From contig CACETT010000001.1 in NCBI GenBank assembly GCA_902562525.1, positions 28,036 to 92,035 of the forward strand: a stretch of 64,000 nt of DNA, in the 5' to 3' direction. This document shows positions 31,597 to 39,951 of this stretch, in pieces (position 1 is the first letter of the stretch; the number at the start of each line of letters is the position of its first letter). This DNA comes from an uncultured Alphaproteobacteria bacterium. Lineage in GTDB: Bacteria > Pseudomonadota > Alphaproteobacteria > UBA7887. The notes beneath the pieces are model-generated. The model did no database searches, had not been told where the DNA came from, and saw only the letters and a program-made list of their open reading frames with translations. The position numbers and the translations under genes were made by a program.

Positions 31597-32265
31597 TCAG
31601 GCCTCAGTGCTGGGCCGTGCAGAAAATTCCTGGTGCCATCGATAGGTGTTCGGGAATTTTCCTTCTAGGTCCATCTCAAAAGCTGTCGCCATGTTTGTGG
31701 CGAAAAAACAAGTGATATCTGCAATACTAATTTTGGCGCCGGCAATAAACGCATTATCAGAAAGGTGGGGGTCCAGCCGTCCAAAGAATATCTCCAGCAT
31801 TTCTTTCCCCCGTTCCACTACTGCAGGGGACTGCTCGATATCGGTTCGTGTTCCTGGAACGACCCGCCCTTTAAACATGGGAATAGAGTTACGGGCGGCA
31901 TGGAGTGCTGGGTAGAAGCCGTCTAGCTCTACTCTTCTATTCCACATGTCAATTACCGCGCGTTCCTCCGAATTTTGGCCAAATAAAGAGGGCGTTGGAT
32001 TTAGCTCCTCAAGGTACCGGCAAATACTAATGGATTCTGCTATCACCGTACCGTTATCAAGTTCTAGGAAGGGCACACAGTGAAAAGGGTTCATGGTTGT
32101 AAATGGTTCTTTGTATTGAGCTCCATCACGTACATCAAGTTCCACAGTCGGGACCTGGATGCCTTTTTCGTGCAAAAAAATTCGGACGCGCTTGGCGCTA
32201 GCAGCTGGGCCAAAATCGTAGAGTTTCATATTGGAGGTTCCTCGTGTGAAGATGCAAACATGCAA
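31597..32265 (-). CDS. Glutathione S-transferase (probable start at 32226)
   Basis: MKLYDFGPAASAKRVRIFL...CVPFLELDNGTVIAESISICRYL is a canonical GST N-domain. Confidence 0.8.
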   Translation of the reverse strand: MHVCIFTRGTSNMKLYDFGPAASAKRVRIFLHEKGIQVPTVELDVRDGAQYKEPFTTMNPFHCVPFLELDNGTVIAESISICRYLEELNPTPSLFGQNSEERAVIDMWNRRVELDGFYPALHAARNSIPMFKGRVVPGTRTDIEQSPAVVERGKEMLEIFFGRLDPHLSDNAFIAGAKISIADITCFFATNMATAFEMDLEGKFPNTYRWHQEFSARPSTEA

Positions 32266-32400
32266 ATGGCTGGCGCTTTGCTGGGGTGGTGGCTAGACTT
32301 GTAAGGGTAGTTTATATGTGTGGGCTGAAAATGCCAACGCTGTAATAACGTTATTGGCACAGGCGGGGCAGAGGGCTTTGCTGTCAAGGGGGATTCAAAT

Positions 32401-33930
32401 ATGGCACAGCAACTGCGATTCGACGATGAAACAGAACATCTGGTGGGGTTGATCGAGCAAACGAAGCCTGATGAAATAATTGCGGAAACATACACACGAT
32501 TGTCTAAGGGTGAATCAAAAGAACGACTTTTGGCGGCGGCAGCTCTGGCCGTCAGCCGTTCGACAGTGTTGCCTGCTTCTCATCACGGCGGCCCTGTTCA
32601 TCCGGTTTCCGGAATTTACTCAGTGGAGGCCTTGTCAAAACGCAATGTTGGCGAAAAAGGGTTTTTTCCAGTAATCCAGAGTGTGGCACTTGCTAATAAG
32701 CACATTCACTCTCCCTCCATGGGGCCTAATATACTGGTGCAATTTGATATTGCTGAGTTTAGGGAGATGGATGATGAAAGTTTGTTGGCTGGTTTTCAGG
32801 CGGCCCTAGAACAACGCATGTCAACTTTGGCTGAGAAATATTTGGTTTTATTGTTAAGGAGGGTTCCCGCTGGCACAATAATGGATTCACTTTTGAAGAT
32901 TGCAATTCCCCGGAACGCGTTAGACGACCATTATTTTTTGTATACGGTTTTTGCTTTCCGTGCCTTGGAAATAATTGGTTGGCAATATGCGGAAGCGATC
33001 TTGCGACCACCGGTTAGGTTTTTGTGTCGACATCCGAAGTTAGAGCATGCGGGAGGGGAGCGTGGGAAAATTATTGAGGATGGAATTTCCTTATATAAGA
33101 GGTTTGAAGATTTTGAACAATTGATCGTAGAAAAGGGCTTAGATGTTGCAGAAATCAAAGTCCAAACATGTGAGGATGAAACGGTTGCGGTCGATCAACT
33201 TGCGTCGGAGGTGGATGCTATCTCCAATATTGCTGATATCGTACAACCGGTGATAGCTCAGTTGGCGGGGGGCTTGTCGATGATGGGCGTCCTCGAAGGC
33301 TTGTCATTGGGGGGCGCACGTCGATATTTGAGATCCAATACAGGTAACCCTTTTGACGTGCATCTCCATACGGGCATTAATGCCAGGCGGTATCTATTGT
33401 CCGTAGAGGGATTAAGCCAGAAGGCTAGATTGTTGGCGTTGCTATCTTGGGGACAGGGATACGAAATTCGCCACTTGGACAAAACATTGCAATGGGACCC
33501 TACACGGGTATCCTTGCTAACTGCGTTGCCAGAAGGTAGCAGTGAGCAAGAAGCAATCGATTCTATTGCCAAGCATCTTGAGTGTCAGCAGCAGTTTGAT
33601 CTCAATACATTGGAGGGGTCTATAGCAGAACTCCGGGCTCCGGAAAGCGTCCTTCAAATTACAAAGATGGCCGACGACTACCTGAAGTGCGGCCATGATC
33701 CAGAGGCGTTATTTAAGTTTTTAGCTTTTGACGTTTGTAAAGATGATCAGTCGGAAATGCATGCATATAAAATGCAGCAAGCCGCTTATGAAGAATATAC
33801 CCATAGTCGCAAGCGCTTTCGCGATGCTCACCTTTTGGCTGCGGTTAAACATGCTGCAACAGTGGCACGTTTGGGCCCCCGCACTGTGTATCCGGAAGTC
33901 TGCTCGTTTCTAGAAGGGCGTAATTCTTAA
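32401..33930 (+). CDS. Hypothetical protein, 509 aa, no family recognised
   Basis: Long ORF with coding-like composition and no TM or signal peptide. I could not match it to any domain from memory. Confidence 0.6.
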   Translation: MAQQLRFDDETEHLVGLIEQTKPDEIIAETYTRLSKGESKERLLAAAALAVSRSTVLPASHHGGPVHPVSGIYSVEALSKRNVGEKGFFPVIQSVALANKHIHSPSMGPNILVQFDIAEFREMDDESLLAGFQAALEQRMSTLAEKYLVLLLRRVPAGTIMDSLLKIAIPRNALDDHYFLYTVFAFRALEIIGWQYAEAILRPPVRFLCRHPKLEHAGGERGKIIEDGISLYKRFEDFEQLIVEKGLDVAEIKVQTCEDETVAVDQLASEVDAISNIADIVQPVIAQLAGGLSMMGVLEGLSLGGARRYLRSNTGNPFDVHLHTGINARRYLLSVEGLSQKARLLALLSWGQGYEIRHLDKTLQWDPTRVSLLTALPEGSSEQEAIDSIAKHLECQQQFDLNTLEGSIAELRAPESVLQITKMADDYLKCGHDPEALFKFLAFDVCKDDQSEMHAYKMQQAAYEEYTHSRKRFRDAHLLAAVKHAATVARLGPRTVYPEVCSFLEGRNS

Positions 33931-33959
33931 TGAAAAGATAGCAGATCTTCTTGATTTCC

Positions 33960-34571
33960 CTAGTCACTGGTGGCGAGAAACCGCCGAAGTTTTACTAAAG
34001 CATTCTCGCGGCTTTCTTGGTACTTTAGGGTGTCGCGGAGAATACCGTTGGCATCAATTAGGTAAACGGATGCCGTGTGATCAATTGTATAATCTGTGTC
34101 TTCTAGTGGTACTATCTTTGTATATACTTTCCAATTTTCCAGCAGCTTTTTGATCTCATCGGGTGGGCCTGTAATACCTGTTATGGTTCCGTCAAAGTTC
34201 GCTAGGTGCCCTCTCATTACCTCTGGAGTATCCCTTAAGGGATCCACGGTGATAAAGAATCCGGGTAGAGCGAATCCTTCCTGAGATAAAGTGCTCAGAT
34301 AATTGTCAAGGTTTAACAAGGTGGTGGGACATATGTCTGGGCAATGAGTAAATCCAAAAAAAAGTGCTGCAGGGCTCCCTTGAAGGACTTTCTCAGTGAC
34401 GGGGTTGCCATAGTGATCGATTAGATCAAATTTGGCAGAAACAAGGGTGGATTCTGAGCTCAATTCCGGAGAACTGCCGGGATTTGGAGCATTTGGCCGC
34501 CAGATTGTCAGCAAAAAGCCAACGGCGGGAATGCATAACCAAAGACTTAACCGAACGACACGTTGATTCAT
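33960..34571 (-). CDS. SCO1/SenC family copper chaperone
   Basis: N-terminal membrane anchor and thioredoxin-fold motif FGFTHCPDICPTTL, plus the conserved His region. Confidence 0.85.
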   Translation of the reverse strand: MNQRVVRLSLWLCIPAVGFLLTIWRPNAPNPGSSPELSSESTLVSAKFDLIDHYGNPVTEKVLQGSPAALFFGFTHCPDICPTTLLNLDNYLSTLSQEGFALPGFFITVDPLRDTPEVMRGHLANFDGTITGITGPPDEIKKLLENWKVYTKIVPLEDTDYTIDHTASVYLIDANGILRDTLKYQESRENALVKLRRFLATSD

Positions 34572-34742
34572 TATTCCTCTGTTAAATGGCGTGGAGAGTT
34601 TCCATACAAAAAAAATTATCCAACCTCTCTTCCAGAGGCACTGAAGAGTTTAGTATATCCATGGGGGCGCAGTATAAAGGCTATGACCAGTTTGCCCAAA
34701 TGCTGATTTTCCTGTTATTGCATAAAGGATAGGGGATGAGGA

Positions 34743-35120
34743 GTGGTTGATAATTTTATAAAAAGATTGCCGGATTTTGTGAATCGGGATGCATGGTTAA
34801 TATGGCGTGGGCGCCACCTAACTACAACCTTCCTTTTAAAAAGTAGCCAGGCTGAGTATTTTATTAGTATTAGTGAAGGTGAGATCCATCAGCTAGTGGC
34901 CGGTCCACAGCTTTTGAGACCATCAGTTTTTACCATAAAGGCGTCGGATGGAGCGTGGTTGAAACATTGGATGAAATTCCCTCCATCAGGATGGCACGAT
35001 ATTTTTGCAATGGTGAAAATTGGAGAGGCAAGTATTGAAGGGGATTTATATCCGATGATGTCTAATCTCCGCTACATAAAAGAGTTGATTGCTTTACCTA
35101 GGAAGATGGGGAGAGACTGA
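34743..35120 (+). CDS. Hypothetical protein (possibly SCP2-like lipid-binding fold)
   Basis: 125-aa ORF 4 nt upstream of the hydrolase gene. The SCP2 assignment is weak and by general resemblance only. Confidence 0.4.
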   Translation: MVDNFIKRLPDFVNRDAWLIWRGRHLTTTFLLKSSQAEYFISISEGEIHQLVAGPQLLRPSVFTIKASDGAWLKHWMKFPPSGWHDIFAMVKIGEASIEGDLYPMMSNLRYIKELIALPRKMGRD

Positions 35121-35123
35121 GGC

Positions 35124-35996
35124 ATGGAAACTGGGATCCATAAGCTAGAGCCTATCATGGGGCGATATGTAAATGTCGATATTAGTGGCCAACAGAGTCG
35201 GATATACTTTGAGGAAAGCACCCTCTCGGGTGACAAAGCTATTCCAGTTGTTTGTCTTCACACTGCGGGGTCCGACAGTTCTCAATTTCGGCATCTTTTG
35301 GTTGATAAGGAGATTGCAGCGAATTTTAGAATGATTGCCTTCGACATGCCATGGCATGGTAAAAGTCTTCCGCCAGTAGGATATCAGGACCAAGAGTATC
35401 GGCTGACCACAGAGCTGTACCTGGATACAGTTGACTCCTTCATTGCGGCTATTGGGGCCAAGAATCCGGTCGTGATGGGCTGTTCTATGGGTGGGCGTCT
35501 TGTTATTGAGCTAGCCCGTCGGTATGGAAAGAATTTTCGTGCTGTTATTGGTCTTGAGGCCTCCGACTACCAGACGCCCTGGTATGATACAGAGTGGCTT
35601 AATAGACCGGATGTTCATGGTGGAGAGATATGTTCCGCTTTAATTTCGGGTTTGATTGCCCCGCAGAGCCCCGATGAGTTCCGATGGGAGACTTTGTGGG
35701 GTTACTTGTCTGCTGGTCCGGGGGTCTTCAAAGGAGATTTACACTTTTATAGGCAGGATAGTGACTTTAGAGATCGCTCTTCGGAAATAGATACAGAGCT
35801 CTGCCCACTATATCTGTTGACAGGCGAATATGATTTTTCTTGCACTCCTGATGACACTAAGCGGACGGGGCAAAGTATCCCGGGGGCCAAGGTTACAATA
35901 ATGAAAAAATTAGGGCACTTCCCTATGTCGGAAAATCCGGAGCTTTTCCGAGGTTATCTTCTTCCCGTTTTGGCGGATATTGCTACTTCCCAATAA
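35124..35996 (+). CDS. Alpha/beta-fold hydrolase
   Basis: Oxyanion region VVCLHTAG, nucleophile elbow GCSMGG, and C-terminal Asp/His. Confidence 0.8.
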   Translation: METGIHKLEPIMGRYVNVDISGQQSRIYFEESTLSGDKAIPVVCLHTAGSDSSQFRHLLVDKEIAANFRMIAFDMPWHGKSLPPVGYQDQEYRLTTELYLDTVDSFIAAIGAKNPVVMGCSMGGRLVIELARRYGKNFRAVIGLEASDYQTPWYDTEWLNRPDVHGGEICSALISGLIAPQSPDEFRWETLWGYLSAGPGVFKGDLHFYRQDSDFRDRSSEIDTELCPLYLLTGEYDFSCTPDDTKRTGQSIPGAKVTIMKKLGHFPMSENPELFRGYLLPVLADIATSQ

Positions 35997-36040
35997 TTGT
36001 CCATGTTGTGGCACTATGAGCTGATAGTCGGATATGCAGG

Positions 36041-37984
36041 TTACCCAATAATTTTTCCATCGTCTCGGCTTATGGCGATGATGGATGAACGGGGAATGCT
36101 CTGCTTGCCTCCGGGGAAATGACTATGGCCACGTTCGCCGGGGTGTTGGATTCCTACGAACATGGTTTTTCTATCTGTGCTCCAAGTAACACCCGTAACT
36201 TCACATTCCCTTGGTCCAACTAGGAAGCGCTTAATTTCCCCCGCATTGGTATCGGCTACGAGCATTTGGTTATTACCCATCCGAAAGAAGTCGCCTTCAT
36301 TCGAATAATTTCCATCGGTTTGGATCCATAATCGTCCGAGGCTGTCAAAAGCTAGTCCGTCGGGAGAATTAAATACATTTGTTGCATTGATGTTTGGGGA
36401 TCCGGCATTCAGCCCAGAGTGGACATGGGGGTTCCCTGCAAGGGCAAAAATATCCCAGGAAAAATCGGAGTTGGCATGGTCATCTTCATCTGGTCGCCAT
36501 CTAATTATGTGCCCATAGATATTGTTTGGACGTGGGTTGGGGCCGTCTACAGAGGTCTTGTCCCCACCGGCATTAGTTTTTCTGCCGCGATTTTTGTTAT
36601 TGGTGAGGCAACAATAGATAGCTTCATCATGGGGGTGAGCTGCAATCCATTCTGGGCGATCCATAGTAGTCGCTCCGACTATGGAGCCGGCTTTTCGTGT
36701 ATGAACGCAAACCTCAGCTTGGGAGGCCATCCCAGTTGATTCGGCTGTGAGTTCGACCCACTTTCCTCGTTCATTGTCCGCGAATTTTGCAACGTAAAGA
36801 GAGCCGCTTTCAAGGATCTTGGAGTTGTCCGCATCCGGGTGGAAAATGGAGTCACTGATAAATCGATACAAAAACTCACCTCGCTCGTCGTCTCCCATAT
36901 AGACCACGATGCGATTGTCTTTGCTGACTACGACGGATGCATTCTCATGTTTGAATCTTCCCAGGGCTGAGTGCTTCTTGGGGAGGGAACTGGGGTTCAA
37001 GGGATCTATCTCTACGATATATCCGAAGCGGTTTACTTCATTTGGGTGCTTAGCAATATCGAAACGCTCATCATGGCTATACCAACTATAACCGCGATCG
37101 TTTTTTCTTATGCCATAACGGCGACATTCTTCACTGAGGTTGTGTTCACGGTCAGAGGAGGCAAAAAATAGATTAAAGTTCTCTTCACAGGATAGATAGG
37201 TGTTCCAAGGTGTCCGGCCGCTTCCGCAATTGTTGAGAGTGCCTAATGGGAGATTGCCGTCTGGATCAAGGTCCGTGATAGTGAGTTTTGTTCCAGCGGC
37301 AGGCCCAGTAAGTTTCATGGGGGTTTGGGCGGTAATACGCCTGTTAAGAGGGGAATCTTTTGTGATGGACCAGGTCCCATTAAAAAGGGAAATTTCCATT
37401 ATCGTAATACCTATCGCGGCCTGTCCTTTCATAACATCCTCTGAAGTTTCGGGGGCCCTGGATGCACGATTGCCGTACATAACGGGTAGGTTCACGTATT
37501 CATTGTTAACAGCTAGAAGTGTCCTAGTATTACTTACGAATAGTTCCATGCCATCGTTATTGTCACCAAAGGCAAGTTTTTGACTATGCGCGGAACCTCG
37601 GGTTTCTTCATTAAAGCATTCACCATAAGACCATAAAGGGTCCCCCCAGCTAGCGACCACATGCCAGGTATGTCCTGGGGGAACCGTTACGGTGTCCAGG
37701 AGATTTGCCGGAACGGCCTCAAAGTCTAACGTAGTTTCGGAAGGGATCTCATCCATGGCCCATACCCCAGGGGTCCAGGTTAATCCTATTCCACTTAATG
37801 CGCCGCAGCCGATTAAAAGCTGTCTGCGTCTAAGGACATTATCTAAGATTAGGGAAAAGTCCGTCGCGGTATTTTGGTTATTAGGCATATTGTCTCTGCG
37901 CTTGTTGGGTTTTTCTATTGGCGATGTAGGGTAGGTGACAAAGACTCCTTGGTGTCTTGCATAGGCAGCTGGCGGATAAGTCAT
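36041..37984 (-). CDS. phoX: PhoX-family (DUF839) Tat-secreted alkaline phosphatase (probable start at 37888)
   Basis: Twin-arginine signal RRRQLLIGCGALSGIGL and beta-propeller phosphatase-like repeats (NSPDGLAFDSLGRLW, WSTDRKTMFVGIQHPGE). The family call is from overall resemblance. Confidence 0.7.
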   Translation of the reverse strand: MTYPPAAYARHQGVFVTYPTSPIEKPNKRRDNMPNNQNTATDFSLILDNVLRRRQLLIGCGALSGIGLTWTPGVWAMDEIPSETTLDFEAVPANLLDTVTVPPGHTWHVVASWGDPLWSYGECFNEETRGSAHSQKLAFGDNNDGMELFVSNTRTLLAVNNEYVNLPVMYGNRASRAPETSEDVMKGQAAIGITIMEISLFNGTWSITKDSPLNRRITAQTPMKLTGPAAGTKLTITDLDPDGNLPLGTLNNCGSGRTPWNTYLSCEENFNLFFASSDREHNLSEECRRYGIRKNDRGYSWYSHDERFDIAKHPNEVNRFGYIVEIDPLNPSSLPKKHSALGRFKHENASVVVSKDNRIVVYMGDDERGEFLYRFISDSIFHPDADNSKILESGSLYVAKFADNERGKWVELTAESTGMASQAEVCVHTRKAGSIVGATTMDRPEWIAAHPHDEAIYCCLTNNKNRGRKTNAGGDKTSVDGPNPRPNNIYGHIIRWRPDEDDHANSDFSWDIFALAGNPHVHSGLNAGSPNINATNVFNSPDGLAFDSLGRLWIQTDGNYSNEGDFFRMGNNQMLVADTNAGEIKRFLVGPRECEVTGVTWSTDRKTMFVGIQHPGERGHSHFPGGKQSIPRSSIIAISRDDGKIIG

Positions 37985-38008
37985 GATGCCTTAATTTAAT
38001 TACCAGCT

Positions 38009-38099
<91 letters not shown>

Positions 38100-38109
38100 G
38101 TTACCCTTG

Positions 38110-38141
38110 GTTTATAACGGATTTTTGTGACTTAACAATAA
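38110..38141 (-). promoter_or_regulatory. Candidate promoter of tRNA-Ser (TTGTTA-N16-TATAAA)
   Basis: Minus-strand hexamers read from the reverse complement of 38110-38141. The TATAAA ends about 13 nt before the tRNA 5' end. Confidence 0.3.
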
Positions 38142-38384
38142 TCGAATACATTAGTCGAAGTAACTCAAGTGACCCTAAGTCATTGTAATGGAAAAGGTTT
38201 TACGATAGTAAATATCTATCAAAATACAGTGGTTTGCGACCTAAGTACCTATGCAGACCTATGAGGATACAGGATAGATAGAGTCTTTAGAGTACAGAGT
38301 GAGTCTAAAGGGATGTAGAATTTCCATCAGGTTTGAATAAACCAAACTCATCATTTGCAAATCAGACCAGAAGGAACACCGTCC

Positions 38385-38573
38385 ATGAGAAATCTAACAT
38401 CACCTCAAGCAATTCTACTTGGACTTATTGCATTTGTAATTGCATCCATTCCTTATTCATCAAATCTAGTAACACCAGTACTCGCAAATTCTAATGAAAT
38501 TCATAAGGTCGTTATCTGTAATAATGAAACGGGTTTTAAATATGGAAACGACCTTTGGGTTCGTTCACAGTAA
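38385..38573 (+). CDS. Hypothetical small membrane/secreted protein (62 aa from the ATG with an AGGAA RBS)
   Basis: MRNLTSPQAILLGLIAFVIASIPYSS hydrophobic N-terminus, with AAGGAAC 9 nt upstream of the ATG. Lies in the AT-rich patch. Confidence 0.3.
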   Translation: MRNLTSPQAILLGLIAFVIASIPYSSNLVTPVLANSNEIHKVVICNNETGFKYGNDLWVRSQ

Positions 38574-38589
38574 TTGCAGATGATATTGT

Positions 38590-38691
38590 TTACGACATCA
38601 ACCAGACACCCACCCAATAGAAAAAGGCAATACACCCTCCACCAACAACGCACAGAAGAAGAATATCAAACCACCCAAGTTTTGTTGCCAT
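38590..38691 (-). CDS. Hypothetical 33-aa hydrophobic peptide (MATKLGWFDILLLCVVGGGCIAFFYWVGVWLMS)
   Basis: Not in the ORF track because it is under 60 aa. ATG is preceded by GAGGAC, and it is a single predicted TM helix. Confidence 0.3.
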   Translation of the reverse strand: MATKLGWFDILLLCVVGGGCIAFFYWVGVWLMS

Positions 38692-38807
38692 CGTCCTCAG
38701 TCCTCATTCAATTTAGAGGAAGAAGAATACTTTGATGAATATCGCTAACAACATCATGAACATTAGGGCAATTATGATAGATGCACCTCTGAGTTCCCTT
38801 CATGGAC

Positions 38808-38987
38808 TCAGGGTTGTCCCTCTCTTGGAGAGTAATACACATTTCTCAACCAGTTAATGAACAGTCTTACTCCTAGAAATACCGCACCCCAAAGAAGTAA
38901 CCAACCTAACCAGTGTGGTTCCCCTCCATAACACAGAAACTCTACCTTACAGAACTCATCTATGAACTTTTGGTTCCACTTTTCCAT
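38808..38987 (-). CDS. Hypothetical 59-aa protein with one TM helix (MEKWNQKFIDEF...WLGWLLLWGAVFLGV...)
   Basis: Not in the ORF track. Starts 9 nt after the stop of the 80-aa ORF on the same strand. Confidence 0.25.
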   Translation of the reverse strand: MEKWNQKFIDEFCKVEFLCYGGEPHWLGWLLLWGAVFLGVRLFINWLRNVYYSPREGQP

Positions 38988-38995
38988 AATGACTC

Positions 38996-39238
38996 TTAAA
39001 ATCTAAAGGAACTTAGGTTTATTCCTGACCTGTTTTGGTACAGTTTCCCCACAATCCTTACATTTGAAGGTTTTCTCAACCTAATTGACGTTGGGTTTTC
39101 CTGAATCCAACCATTCATGAGGAACAATAACATTATCATTCCAGTACTTAGATGCGGGCATACGAAACACTGGTAGAGTGTTGGGGTAACCTCTTCCCAA
39201 AGTCTTAACTCCGGACTTTCTATGTCGGGACCCTGCAA
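38996..39238 (-). CDS. Hypothetical 80-aa ORF (frame uncertain: an alternative 55-aa basic ORF starts at ATG 39244 in another frame)
   Basis: The ORF track uses a TTG start. A different frame from ATG (MRIAGSRHRKSGVKTLGRGYPNTLPVFRMPASKYWNDNVIV...) is equally plausible. Confidence 0.2.
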   Translation of the reverse strand: MQGPDIESPELRLWEEVTPTLYQCFVCPHLSTGMIMLLFLMNGWIQENPTSIRLRKPSNVRIVGKLYQNRSGINLSSFRF

Positions 39239-39439
39239 TACGCATAAGTGCAGATTATTGGTTAGTCAAGAGAGAGACAAAAAGTGAGCAAAACTAGGGG
39301 TTGTAGAACTTCTCAAGGGTTTTCTAGACTCCCCCGTTCGACCACTCCGGCACCCCTCCAAGAACTAATAGTCGACCCTAGTAGAAGGGCTTGTACACAA
39401 CAAGACGGACCTCTGGTTTCTTTACTATTTCTAAGGGCG

Positions 39440-39468
39440 TTGACACACAGGGGGGGGGCGAGTATATT
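39440..39468 (+). promoter_or_regulatory. Near-consensus sigma70 promoter of the rplU-rpmA-obg operon: TTGACA-N17-TATATT with a G9 run in the spacer
   Basis: TTGACA 39440-39445, 17-nt spacer 39446-39462 containing GGGGGGGGG at 39450-39458, TATATT 39463-39468. The rplU start lies 55 nt downstream. Confidence 0.55.
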
Positions 39469-39522
39469 TCGCTGTTCCGTAAAACATTTTGTGTCTTAGA
39501 GTTTGGCGAGGTTTTCGACTAA

Positions 39523-39948
39523 ATGTACGCTGTTATTAAAACCGGTGGAAAGCAGTACAAGGTTGCTGAAGGTGATGTGGTGAGAGTTGAAAGGCTGTCC
39601 CTAGACGCTGGTCAAGTAGTGGCATTTGATGAGGTGCTTATGCTGGGCGATGGTGGAACCAGTCAGATAGGCTCGCCAAATGTGGTTGGAGCGTCTGTAA
39701 AGGCTACAGTTTTGGAGCAAGAGCGGGCCGATAAAATTGTGGTATTCAAAAAACGGAGACGCCAAAATTCACGGCGAAAGAATGGACACCGACAGGCTAT
39801 TACCGTAGTCCGTGTAACAGAGATTGTGGGGGGACCTGCAAAAAGAAAGGCAGCGAGTAAGAAATCAGCTGCGACCTCAACAAAAAAGGCCACAAGCGCT
39901 AAGTCTAAGAAAGTAGCAACCGAAGAAAAATCCGCATCAGAGGAATAA
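39523..39948 (+). CDS. rplU: 50S ribosomal protein L21 with Lys/Ala-rich C-terminal extension
   Basis: [18 protein letters not shown] start and the conserved L21 core, followed by a roughly 40-aa KK/A/S-rich tail. Confidence 0.95.
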   Translation: MYAVIKTGGKQYKVAEGDVVRVERLSLDAGQVVAFDEVLMLGDGGTSQIGSPNVVGASVKATVLEQERADKIVVFKKRRRQNSRRKNGHRQAITVVRVTEIVGGPAKRKAASKKSAATSTKKATSAKSKKVATEEKSASEE

Positions 39949-39951
39949 GAT

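Noticed and set aside
39284-39499. 71-aa plus-strand ORF overlapping the rplU promoter
   Set aside because: It runs through the consensus -35/-10 and the G9 tract, and its Arg/Ser/Thr/Pro-rich translation is typical of non-coding GC-rich spacers.
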